The notes below the pieces were generated by a model. It was not told the DNA's origin. It saw only the letters and a program-made list of their open reading frames with translations, and did not search any database. Below, in pieces: positions 8,647 through 16,780 of a DNA stretch of 32,000 nucleotides; the first letter of the stretch is position 1; the number at the start of each line of letters is the position of its first letter. The position numbers were made by a program, and so were the translations under genes. The DNA is from Ignicoccus pacificus DSM 13166 (lineage in GTDB: Archaea; Thermoproteota; Thermoprotei_A; Sulfolobales; Ignicoccaceae). Where the stretch lies: NCBI GenBank assembly GCA_025340205.1, contig CP006868.1:840001-872000 (forward strand), read 5' to 3'.

Positions 8647-8991
8647 CTAGTCTTCTCTTATTAGTATGTAGATCCAAGGCTTTCCCCCACTCCGACAGCA
8701 CTTTAAGCCTACTAGTAGCGGGTAACAGAGACCTTTTTCTTTTATTATGTGATAGCTCCACGAGATCAAGGGCAAAAGAGTCAGCGTTATGTTTACCTTA
8801 TGTGTTAATACTAAGTACATTAATGTGAAAGCCCTCACTATCGTGAAATCGAGGGATGAGAAAAGTAGGGGTAGGGTAGGATTGTCAGAGAAAATCAATA
8901 CTAGGGCCACCGAGAGTTCAATGAAATAACAGAAGAGGGCTCCCAGTGGACTAGGAGCAATCATCTCATCAGCACTCGGGTTCTTCGTCAT
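8647..8991 (-). CDS. Small integral membrane protein (2-3 TM), unknown function
   Basis: The ATG overlaps the queC stop (ATGA). The N-terminal two thirds are hydrophobic (LGALFCYFIELSVALVLIF, LPLLFSSLDFTIVRAFTLMYLVL). Confidence 0.45.
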   Translation of the reverse strand: MTKNPSADEMIAPSPLGALFCYFIELSVALVLIFSDNPTLPLLFSSLDFTIVRAFTLMYLVLTHKVNITLTLLPLISWSYHIIKEKGLCYPLLVGLKCCRSGGKPWIYILIRED

Positions 8992-9758
8992 CGCCCCCTC
9001 TTATTCAACCACTCCCTATACCACTCGGGGAGATCTTCGTAACTATCTGTTAGAGGATCCGGAACGCTTGCCTCCATGAAAGCTCTAAGCCTTGTGTAAC
9101 AAGCTGGACACCTACCACAAGGTCTTTCTCCTCCTCTATAACATGTCCAAGTGAGCTCGAGTGGAACGTTGAGCTCTAAAGCAGTCTTAACTATGTCTGA
9201 TTTCCTCCGATGTATGAATGGAGCATAGATCTTTATGTATGCTTCTTTACCTTGTTTCTTAGCGTTGAATACTATAGAGGATCCTTCGTTTATGGCCCTT
9301 TCTACGGCCTCGACGAATTCAGGCCTCGTATCAGGGTAAACCGGCTCGCCGGGCTCGTAGTCCGTTCTGTGAAAGCCCACAGAGATTACACCCTTCGTCT
9401 CATCAAATTCGATCATATGCTTCTCTAAAACTGCGGCTGCCGAGGAGAGAAGCACTAGGTTTCTTTGAGGAACGTACGTGGGAGGGACCAGCCCTGGTAC
9501 TATGCTCTCAGCCTTAGGTAACTCTCCTTTAAGGAGAGCAGATGCATCGGCTATCTTGAATATATTAGAAAGATCCAAAATTATGTGTTCTGCTTTATAG
9601 AACCTAGCTATAGCCTTAGCCGATTCTATTTCTCTTTTATGGCGTTGACCATATATTACGGTTAATGCTATAGCTTTCTTAGGCTTGAACTCATTTAGCG
9701 CCTTCGCAAAGGCAGTAGCCGAATCCATGCCTCCCGAGACGAGACCAACGAGTATCAT
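8988..9758 (-). CDS. queC: 7-cyano-7-deazaguanine (preQ0) synthase QueC
   Basis: The N-terminal PP-loop LVSGGMDS and the C-terminal zinc motif C-x-C-x2-C (CYRGGERPCGRCPACYTR) fit QueC, as does the overall length. Confidence 0.9.
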   Translation of the reverse strand: MILVGLVSGGMDSATAFAKALNEFKPKKAIALTVIYGQRHKREIESAKAIARFYKAEHIILDLSNIFKIADASALLKGELPKAESIVPGLVPPTYVPQRNLVLLSSAAAVLEKHMIEFDETKGVISVGFHRTDYEPGEPVYPDTRPEFVEAVERAINEGSSIVFNAKKQGKEAYIKIYAPFIHRRKSDIVKTALELNVPLELTWTCYRGGERPCGRCPACYTRLRAFMEASVPDPLTDSYEDLPEWYREWLNKRGR

Positions 9759-10877
9759 CTAGATCACCCTATACCAGTTGTCTCGTTCCCTAGGCTCACA
9801 ACCCGCTTGATGAATCCATAGCTTTATCTCATCCTCTCTTGGGAATTTAACTTTAAGACCAGTAGAAGGGATTACTCGTTCATTATAGAGCGTTCCACCC
9901 CAGTCATCTGCTCCAAAGTTGAGTGCTAGTTGGGCAACGTCCTTGCCCACGGTAAGCCATCCAGCTTGAATATGTGGAATGAATCCATCAAATACTATCC
10001 TCGCAGTCGCTATTATTCGAAGGAGTTCGTAGCCTCCCCAAGGATACTTTATTCCGTACTCCTCTGCAAGTCTTGTTTTGTTGGGTTCAAAGTTCCAAGC
10101 AATGAAAGCTAAGCTGCCGGGTGCTCTCCTCTGTAACTCTCTCAAGCGATATAGATGGAGAGCTCTTTCGTAGGTTGTTTCTACGTGGCCGAACATCATA
10201 GTAACTGAAGTCGGGATGCCCATTCTATGAGCAATTTCGATTATGTTAATCCAAGTTTCTACGTCAATTTTACTGGGACTTAGTATCTTTCTAACCCTTT
10301 CGACTAAGAGCTCCGCACCTCCCCCGGGAAGGGAGTCGAGTCCAGCATCACGCAATCGCTCCAAAACCTCTCTATAACTCATATGATGTTTCTTTGATAA
10401 ATAATCGATTTCAATAGGACTCAGAGCATGGATAGCGACGTCGGGTAAGTTGGACTTAATTAAGTGGAAGAGTTCTTCAAAATAATCAATTGTTATCTCT
10501 GGATTAACGCCTCCTTGGATGAGGACTTGTCTTATTTTGTATCTAGACCACACTTCTTTGATCATATTATAAGCATCTCGAGGTGAAAGTAAGTAACCTT
10601 GACCCGGTTCTCTATAGAACGCACAGAACTTACATCTCACCACACAGACGTTCGTATAATTCAGTATCATATTTTTAATGTAGGTACACATTTTTCCGTA
10701 ATGTTTCTCTTTAATTGTCTTGGCTACCTTACCAAGAGCCCATAAGTCATGACTTTTCAACAATCTTTCTATATCCCTTACGCTGAGGAGTTCGCCGGCA
10801 AGATATTTCTCTAGTATATCGTAAATGTCAGTGTCTTTGAACTCAAGAGGTGAGAGAACACTTACCCCTCTGGACAC
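9759..10877 (-). CDS. Radical SAM enzyme of the MqnE/MqnC/CofH (futalosine / FO-synthase) family
   Basis: GTG start. It has the cluster motif NYTNVCVVRCKFCAF (CxxxCxxC). It also has LPGGGAELL, MMFGHVET, LRELQ...FIAWNF and NFGADDWGGTLYNERV, which are characteristic of this subfamily and not of QueE. Its stop TAG is immediately followed by the queC ATG. Confidence 0.8.
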   Translation of the reverse strand: MSRGVSVLSPLEFKDTDIYDILEKYLAGELLSVRDIERLLKSHDLWALGKVAKTIKEKHYGKMCTYIKNMILNYTNVCVVRCKFCAFYREPGQGYLLSPRDAYNMIKEVWSRYKIRQVLIQGGVNPEITIDYFEELFHLIKSNLPDVAIHALSPIEIDYLSKKHHMSYREVLERLRDAGLDSLPGGGAELLVERVRKILSPSKIDVETWINIIEIAHRMGIPTSVTMMFGHVETTYERALHLYRLRELQRRAPGSLAFIAWNFEPNKTRLAEEYGIKYPWGGYELLRIIATARIVFDGFIPHIQAGWLTVGKDVAQLALNFGADDWGGTLYNERVIPSTGLKVKFPREDEIKLWIHQAGCEPRERDNWYRVI

Positions 10878-10893
10878 TCAAAGTCCCTTTTCG

Positions 10894-11994
10894 TCAACCT
10901 TTGATCCACTTTATAGTTTCGAGGAGCTTGTCAAGCGTAGATCGGTATATTCCTATTCCATAATCTGCGACACCTCCAAACCAGAATATTTCATCGCCTC
11001 TCTTGACGAGTCCAGAGCCGTATATCACCATTGGTCTGTCGCCATAGAGTTCCTCTATCGTAGAAGGCCAAAGTAAGTACTCGCTAATCCCTAGGAGTTC
11101 ACCTTCTGAATTCACGATGGCTACGCCGTTCCTATATATCAAGTCCTCTCCTATACCGTGCCAGCCGAACAAGTATTCGTTGGCGCTTATCTGCACAGGA
11201 GGTGTCGAAACCCCAACCTTTATTTCAAAGTCCTCGTGGACCATGCTTACATCCATCAGTTCATATGGTACGGTCCACTCGTCCTCGGCATTTATCGTGG
11301 CTCTCCAGATGACCTCATGACCCTCTATGAAAGGTCTGGTAAGAATGCGTAGTTTCTTCCCTTTTCTCCAGAGTGCTATGGTATTCTTCCATGAAGGGAG
11401 CAAAAGCTTGATTGTAGGATCTGTAGAAGAACCTAGGTAAAGTATACCCTTTTTCTTGGTCTCAAGTGTTGACTTATCTAATAATGTAAAACCTTGTTTA
11501 GGCCATAAACCACCATCTCTTAGACCAACTGCAGTATAGAATATCAGAAATTCATCATCAAACAAATGGGCTCTAGGATCCTCTGCACCTCTTTTTATTT
11601 CATGCTGAGTGGTTGGGTATACCACGATTCGACCTTCAAGCTCTAAGTTTGGTAGATCTTCTATGGAGGAAACAGGTAGATCGAAATAAGCTATTGAGGA
11701 AACGTAGTCGTAGTAATCGAATACTAATCTTACAAATAGGTGGAGATGATCGTCCTCTATAACGGCTGAAGGATTGAAAGCAACCAATGGTCTTCTCGGA
11801 TAGTTTGAAATGAATATCTGTTGAGCTGTTAAGTAGCCTACTCGTTCGAAAATTCCTTCTACGAACTTACCCCTTCTTAGTCCTCTTAATTCCTCATACG
11901 CCTTACTCACCTTTCTAGTTAGTTCGTCAACTATTCTTGATCTCAAGGGCATCCTTGCCATGGGTGAGCTAGAGGTAGTAGGGTAATATAACAC
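10894..11994 (-). CDS. GH130/DUF377-like beta-propeller glycosidase or glycoside phosphorylase (COG2152)
   Basis: FNPSAV..., GAEDPRAHLF...FYTAVG, ...IFWFGGVADYGIGIY match the conserved blocks of the GH130/DUF377 family. Alternative ATG starts at 11961 and 11952. Confidence 0.65.
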   Translation of the reverse strand: MLYYPTTSSSPMARMPLRSRIVDELTRKVSKAYEELRGLRRGKFVEGIFERVGYLTAQQIFISNYPRRPLVAFNPSAVIEDDHLHLFVRLVFDYYDYVSSIAYFDLPVSSIEDLPNLELEGRIVVYPTTQHEIKRGAEDPRAHLFDDEFLIFYTAVGLRDGGLWPKQGFTLLDKSTLETKKKGILYLGSSTDPTIKLLLPSWKNTIALWRKGKKLRILTRPFIEGHEVIWRATINAEDEWTVPYELMDVSMVHEDFEIKVGVSTPPVQISANEYLFGWHGIGEDLIYRNGVAIVNSEGELLGISEYLLWPSTIEELYGDRPMVIYGSGLVKRGDEIFWFGGVADYGIGIYRSTLDKLLETIKWIKG

Positions 11995-12020
11995 GCTCCA
12001 AGAAAATCAGAGAAATTCTA

Positions 12021-13187
12021 TTACTCTTTGATTATTTTTAGCTCTTTTAGGTACTTGAGCATGTCATAGTATGCCTTGATCCTAGCTTCGTTCTTTGCAT
12101 TCTTAGGACCGGGATTCTTCATGTAGAATGCGTTGACTTCATAGCAAGTACCCTTAACTCCTCTCTCCATTAGTGCCTTAGAGAGTCTTGCTAGGTCCAC
12201 AGCCAGACCGGCTAGGGCAGGAGAATCGTTAATCCTCATGTTCACTATTAACTCATCTACAAGACCGTTGAACGTAATCCACTCTATGTCCATAGCCACG
12301 AACTTTCTGTCACCTATAGCCTCGACGTACCCTGTGGGCCTAATGTAGTGAGGGGCATCGTAACCCAAGATATCTTCCACGATACTGGATTTCGTTTTTT
12401 CCTTCATTAAGTTCCTCTCAGGTATAGTCAACGCTAGGAAGTCTGTGTTTCCGCCTATGTTGAATTGTACTATGAATCGTATTAATCTATTCCTTTCGGC
12501 TAGATGTTCAAGTAGATCAGCGGTTAAGGGAGTTGCACCGGTGGCGCCATCGTCTCCGAGTAGTAAGGAGTTGGTCTCTGCGAACAAGTTTACCATTACT
12601 GGATCGTTAGCTAGAGGGGTAGGTATGAGGTTAATGAATGCAATTTGCTTGCCGGTATCCTTAGATGCTAAGTAGGTAGCGTAGGCATAGGCTTGAGCGG
12701 CGCTAGCCTTTCCTTCTTTTATCCTCTTTAGTAGCTCTTCTTCAGATCTAAAGGGTTCGGCAGGCTCTGTTGAGATTAAGTTAAAGACAACGTCGATGGA
12801 GTCTTTTTTCAATTCATTAGCTATTTCTTCTATGGCTTCCATAGGCTCAATTTCTTGATCTCTTCCGGAAACCGGAAAGAGTTTGTCAAGTCCCGCAGCG
12901 GAACCCATGAGGAGGCCCTTACGTACTTCGGTTTCCGGTAAGCTGGAGGGCAAAGGAATTACGTCCTTTAAGGATTCAGTTACGATATCCCTTACACTTT
13001 TGCCTACCTTCCTAGTGTCGACGTCATAAACGCTTACTATCTCTTCTTCTAAGAAGTCAACCGCTAAGTCGTACTTTGCCAAGGGAACACCGTAAGGTTT
13101 CATGGAACCTTCTTTGAGCCTGTAGAGGCCCACTATGTAGTGTGAGGCCACTAAACCCATTCCGAAAATCGATACCTTAACTACCAT
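12021..13187 (-). CDS. ino1: myo-inositol-1-phosphate synthase
   Basis: An N-terminal Rossmann-like fold (VSIFGMGLVASHY), LLGDDGATGATPL and QFNIGGNTDF are hallmark motifs of archaeal/bacterial MIPS. Confidence 0.9.
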   Translation of the reverse strand: MVVKVSIFGMGLVASHYIVGLYRLKEGSMKPYGVPLAKYDLAVDFLEEEIVSVYDVDTRKVGKSVRDIVTESLKDVIPLPSSLPETEVRKGLLMGSAAGLDKLFPVSGRDQEIEPMEAIEEIANELKKDSIDVVFNLISTEPAEPFRSEEELLKRIKEGKASAAQAYAYATYLASKDTGKQIAFINLIPTPLANDPVMVNLFAETNSLLLGDDGATGATPLTADLLEHLAERNRLIRFIVQFNIGGNTDFLALTIPERNLMKEKTKSSIVEDILGYDAPHYIRPTGYVEAIGDRKFVAMDIEWITFNGLVDELIVNMRINDSPALAGLAVDLARLSKALMERGVKGTCYEVNAFYMKNPGPKNAKNEARIKAYYDMLKYLKELKIIKE

Positions 13188-13216
13188 GTGCTACCTACCG
13201 ATAGAGGTAGTTGAGT

Positions 13217-13229
13217 GAAATATAAAGGG
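13217..13229 (-). promoter_or_regulatory. TATA box (CCCTTTATATTTC on the - strand) for ino1
   Basis: AT-rich element centred about 36 nt upstream of the ino1 ATG (13187), followed by the inverted repeat at 13191-13210. Confidence 0.45.
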
Positions 13230-13250
13230 ATGTAGATCGCATACAGACGG

Positions 13251-14555
13251 TTACTTCCTCCTCCTTCCTCCTCCCCTTCTCTTTCCTCCCTTCCTTCTGG
13301 GAGGTCTTCTTCCTCCTCTCTTTCTCGCTGGCGGTGCTTTTCTCTCTGCCTTTTCCTCCCTCTTGGGAGGCTTCTGATACACTCTCTTTATCTCGTCGAT
13401 CCTTGCTCTTAATTCTTCCTTGAGCTTCTCACCTATGTCCCTCCCGGTGAAGTAGTCCGTTCTCGCTGCTATCGCCAGCTTAGCAGCTAGCGCTCTAGCT
13501 ATCTTACCTCTCTGCCACTTAGGGGATCTGTGTATATCAGGGTATTGGAAGATTATTCCGTGCTTAGGAGGCTTTCCGCCCGTCCTAAGGGCTCTGAATA
13601 ACGCCTTCTCCGCTCCTAGCACTTGGATTGTAGAAGCCGGCATGCGTGCTAAGTTCTCCAAGCTTCCAGCTAGTGAGATGAGTCTCGCTCCGAGCACGGG
13701 ACCCACTAGCGCCGTCACGTTGGGTGCCACTTCCTTCATTATGTAGCTTATATAATCAACTAGCTCTCTCCTCAATGAGTACAAGTCTTCTACGATGGAT
13801 GCAAGCTTTTGAAGTTGTTCCAAATCGGTTTCAGTTAGGTCCGCTCCTGTACTCTTCTTAGCAGCTTCGGCTATCTTTTCAGCTAAGTCCTCCTTCAGAC
13901 CCAGCTCCTTGAGTCTCTCGACAGTCATGGCGTCTCTGCTTCCTATTTCAGCCACTATTCTAGCGTAGAGGTCGTGATCTTTCACGAGGTCGTCCAGTTC
14001 AGGGAAATGAAGGCTGTACCATTCTCTAAGTCTAGCAATTAATAGGTTGATGATTTTGTCGATGTCATCTATAGTTCTGACGGCGTGAACCGCCAGCAGA
14101 TCTCTCTTCTGGGCGACACTCCTAAGCTTCCTCCTAACTACTTCGATGGTTAGCTTATGTAACCAATCATAGAATTCCTCCTTAGATTCCATCATTCCAT
14201 ATTTTACGCTCAACTCAGCTACATTCTCTCTAACGTATATTGCCTTGTCATTGGCTGGAACCACCTTCACTTCGAAGCCCATTGAACTAGCCTCTCTGGA
14301 TTCGCCTTCGGTCTCGAAGACTATGGTTCCCTCGAATCCCTCCTCCTTTAAGTTCTCAAGCAATCTCTTAGCAGCACTAGAAAGTCCTCCTACCTTCTCG
14401 GTACCTTCCTTGATTCCCCTAGTCCATCCTTCGATGACCATAGCCTCTTGGACAGCTTGGTCAATGTCTTTCGGATTCGGCTCGAAGCGCTCTACTTCGT
14501 TATTTTCATTTACTAAGAAAGCTCCAACGGCGTGTTGTACCAGCCACTTCTCCAA
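13251..14555 (-). CDS. nop5: C/D box sRNP core protein Nop5 (Nop56/58) with an Arg/Gly/Lys-rich C-terminal tail
   Basis: TTG start. The coiled-coil and NOP domain motifs are present (LREWYSLHFPEL, APNVTALVGPVLGARLISLAGSLENLARMPASTIQVLGAEKALFRAL...KHGIIFQ). The tail is KRGGRRPPRRKGGKRRGGGRRRK. Confidence 0.9.
   Translation of the reverse strand: MEKWLVQHAVGAFLVNENNEVERFEPNPKDIDQAVQEAMVIEGWTRGIKEGTEKVGGLSSAAKRLLENLKEEGFEGTIVFETEGESREASSMGFEVKVVPANDKAIYVRENVAELSVKYGMMESKEEFYDWLHKLTIEVVRRKLRSVAQKRDLLAVHAVRTIDDIDKIINLLIARLREWYSLHFPELDDLVKDHDLYARIVAEIGSRDAMTVERLKELGLKEDLAEKIAEAAKKSTGADLTETDLEQLQKLASIVEDLYSLRRELVDYISYIMKEVAPNVTALVGPVLGARLISLAGSLENLARMPASTIQVLGAEKALFRALRTGGKPPKHGIIFQYPDIHRSPKWQRGKIARALAAKLAIAARTDYFTGRDIGEKLKEELRARIDEIKRVYQKPPKREEKAERKAPPARKRGGRRPPRRKGGKRRGGGRRRK
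13254..13298. repeat. 45-nt uninterrupted polypyrimidine (+) / polypurine (-) tract
   Basis: Read directly from the sequence; only C and T occur on the + strand. It encodes the RGG/K tail of Nop5 (AGG/GGA/AAG/AGA codons). Confidence 0.8.
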
Positions 14556-14588
14556 ATCGTTCTACCCTCACGAGGCCTCAAAGTAATC

Positions 14589-14599
14589 CCCTATATAGG
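14589..14599 (-). promoter_or_regulatory. TATA box (CCTATATAGGG) upstream of nop5
   Basis: Located about 40 nt upstream of the TTG start at 14555, in the 53-nt spacer after the upstream gene. Confidence 0.4.
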
Positions 14600-14608
14600 C
14601 TTGGGAGC

Positions 14609-15454
14609 TCACGAGATCTTTTCCAAGATCTCGTCTAATACATCCTCGAGCTTTTTCTTCGGTTTGTTGCATTTCTCCTCTATAATACTCTTTAACATGT
14701 TCCTATCTTTAGAGTTTAAGAAAATTTCTATGGCCCACTTTGTGTTAGGGGAGAGCGAAGCGCTGCTGTGATCAACGAAAAGCCTTCCTTCACTTAAAGC
14801 CTTCCTAAGATCTTCGCAAGTGGCCGTCGAGAGGAATTCCTTGAACTTATCCTCGAAGTCTACCGCTTTCCTCAGTTCTTTTTCGTTTAGCATATACCCA
14901 CAAACCATGCATGTGCCCGTGGGGTCCACCGCTCGAAATCCACACCTTGGACAGTAACCGACAGGTCCCGGTTCCCCGCGAAATCTCCAGGCCTCCTCCC
15001 AAGACGCTTGAAGTGGTCCGCTCAAATCTATGCCCAATCTTTTCATTTCTCTATAAAGTCTAGGTACGAAGGGAATTGAGAGTTCACCTATGTAACTTAC
15101 TACGAACTCTAATTGTTCGGGAGTTAACTCCCCCTCAGGTACTATTTCCAGAAGCTTCGCCGCCAACACGGCGAATATTCTCTTTTGATTACGTAATATG
15201 TTATTTACCAAGGTCTCAGCCTTAGGCTTCGTTACCCTATCTCCCATCAGCTGTACCAATAAGTCACGGAGTAATTCTATGACTTGATCATCGCTTAAGC
15301 CCAAGACGTCCAAGCCCAGCATGCTATAGACAGAGGGTGCTAGCTTCTCTGCAACGTGGACGGGATCCCACGTCCTCCTACGAACCCCACTTTTCCTCCT
15401 CTTAGTTCTTGTACTCTTTGAGCTCTTCTTGGTACTTCTCTTTCTCTTGGCCAC
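14609..15454 (-). CDS. Hypothetical protein with a highly basic N-terminal tail and an internal zinc ribbon
   Basis: GTG start. The N-terminus is MAKRKRSTKKSSKSTRTKRRKSGVRRR, and a CPRCG-x12-CMVCG four-Cys ribbon is present. No family is recognised. Confidence 0.6.
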   Translation of the reverse strand: MAKRKRSTKKSSKSTRTKRRKSGVRRRTWDPVHVAEKLAPSVYSMLGLDVLGLSDDQVIELLRDLLVQLMGDRVTKPKAETLVNNILRNQKRIFAVLAAKLLEIVPEGELTPEQLEFVVSYIGELSIPFVPRLYREMKRLGIDLSGPLQASWEEAWRFRGEPGPVGYCPRCGFRAVDPTGTCMVCGYMLNEKELRKAVDFEDKFKEFLSTATCEDLRKALSEGRLFVDHSSASLSPNTKWAIEIFLNSKDRNMLKSIIEEKCNKPKKKLEDVLDEILEKIS

Positions 15455-15496
15455 TTGGTAACACCTTTCTACATTGGTCGAAGGAATGCTGAAAAG

Positions 15497-15946
15497 TTAG
15501 GGCATTCTCAAACACTTCATACATAGAGACGGTTTTAGATGCCATATAATCCTTCTCCTAAAAACGTCGAGCGCTACTACGTCTCCTGTACCTAGATCAA
15601 CGGATATACCTAACTCTTCTAGCGTCTCTTCAAGTTGTGGGTTATGAGAAATGTAGAGAGCTCCTGGCCTTATATTGTTGAGTAGGACCTTAGCGCTTAG
15701 TCTACCGGGTCTGAGCCACTCCACCGTTTCGACTTTGATGTTACCTCCCAGACATTTATTCAACAATTCCGCCGTTTCTAAGCTCCTTACCAATGGGGAG
15801 GTATAAATTAGAGCAGGCCTCTCTATACATTTGCAGATCGCTTCAACTTGCTTTTTCCCGTGGTCGCTTAGAGGTCTATCCTCGTCGCGCATTTCAGAGC
15901 TTTTCGGTATCGCCTCTGCGTGTCTCATAAGCATTATCATTACCAA
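15497..15946 (-). CDS. Histidine phosphatase superfamily protein, SixA-like phosphohistidine phosphatase
   Basis: The LMRHAEA (RHG-type catalytic motif), RPLSDHGKKQ, TSPLVRSLETA and SHNP motifs are present, and the size is about 145 aa. Start is TTG 15946 or one of the ATGs at 15940-15928. Confidence 0.7.
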   Translation of the reverse strand: MVMIMLMRHAEAIPKSSEMRDEDRPLSDHGKKQVEAICKCIERPALIYTSPLVRSLETAELLNKCLGGNIKVETVEWLRPGRLSAKVLLNNIRPGALYISHNPQLEETLEELGISVDLGTGDVVALDVFRRRIIWHLKPSLCMKCLRMP

Positions 15947-15997
15947 CTTATCTCAACCCCTCTGAGGTTAGTACCTTGGCCATATAATCGAATAACC

Positions 15998-16735
15998 ATG
16001 TTGAGTGAATCTATCGAGGGGGTAGAAGTGGAAATACTAGCGTTTTCGGACGTACATACGCCAAGGTACTTGCCATTGTTAATAAAGAGCATTCAAGATC
16101 TAAAGGAGAAGAACTTTGATGTTGTAATGATGGCAGGTGATTTGGTTGATAGGTCTAACGTTGAGGAATTCTCTAAATTATTGGAGGTATTAAAAAGCAA
16201 TATAAAGTACAAGTACATCGTTGCCGTCTTTGGTAATGAAGAGTATAGAGAGAAAGAAGAGGAGTTCAAGGAAAGCTATCCAGAAGTTAGATGGTTAAAT
16301 GATGAGTATCTTGTTTTGAAGTTAAACAAAGGATGCTTAGGTGTAGTTGGCAGCAGAGGCTCACTATTAAGACCCACCAGTTGGCAAAGAAAGAACTTGC
16401 CTGGCATAGCTGAGGAGTATAAACGTAAACCCGAGGTAATAAGACAGTTAATCAAAGAGGTAAAAAAGGAATGCCCGAATGTAGTATACCTAAGCCATTA
16501 TGCTCCTACATGGAAAACCTTGGTAGGTGAAAGTAGACATATATGGCCATATTTAGGTGATCCTAGGATAGAAAAAGTCCTAAAAGAGGAAGGAGTTCAT
16601 GTAGCCATTCATGGACATGTACATAGAGGAAGAGTTAGTTATGTTCACACATCTACGTTAACGATATATAACGTTGCTTTACCCGCTAGAGGAAACGTGA
16701 CCATAGTCAAAATGGCTCTGCAGTTAACCATCTGA
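15998..16735 (+). CDS. Calcineurin-like metallophosphoesterase
   Basis: ILAFSDVHTP, MAGDLVDR, FGNEEY and HGHVHRG motifs are present. The GTG at 15920 overlaps the divergent gene and is rejected. A TATA-like CATATAATCG at 15981-15990 plus the SD-like GAGGGGG at 16016-16022 make GTG 16028 (MEILAFSDVH) a credible alternative start. Confidence 0.8.
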   Translation: MLSESIEGVEVEILAFSDVHTPRYLPLLIKSIQDLKEKNFDVVMMAGDLVDRSNVEEFSKLLEVLKSNIKYKYIVAVFGNEEYREKEEEFKESYPEVRWLNDEYLVLKLNKGCLGVVGSRGSLLRPTSWQRKNLPGIAEEYKRKPEVIRQLIKEVKKECPNVVYLSHYAPTWKTLVGESRHIWPYLGDPRIEKVLKEEGVHVAIHGHVHRGRVSYVHTSTLTIYNVALPARGNVTIVKMALQLTI

Positions 16736-16780
16736 AAACATAAAGGTATGGATTAGGGCGCTTGGTGGGATCTAGAAAAG

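Noticed and set aside
13254-13298. The polypyrimidine tract considered as a simple-sequence repeat or regulatory H-DNA element
   Set aside because: It is fully explained as the coding sequence of the Arg/Gly/Lys tail of Nop5, so it is kept only as a descriptive low-complexity feature.
15920-15997. GTG 15920 as the start of the metallophosphoesterase
   Set aside because: It would overlap the divergent SixA-like gene start and add a non-conserved His/Tyr-rich extension. The first phosphoesterase motif (ILAFSDVH) begins just after ATG 15998 / GTG 16028.
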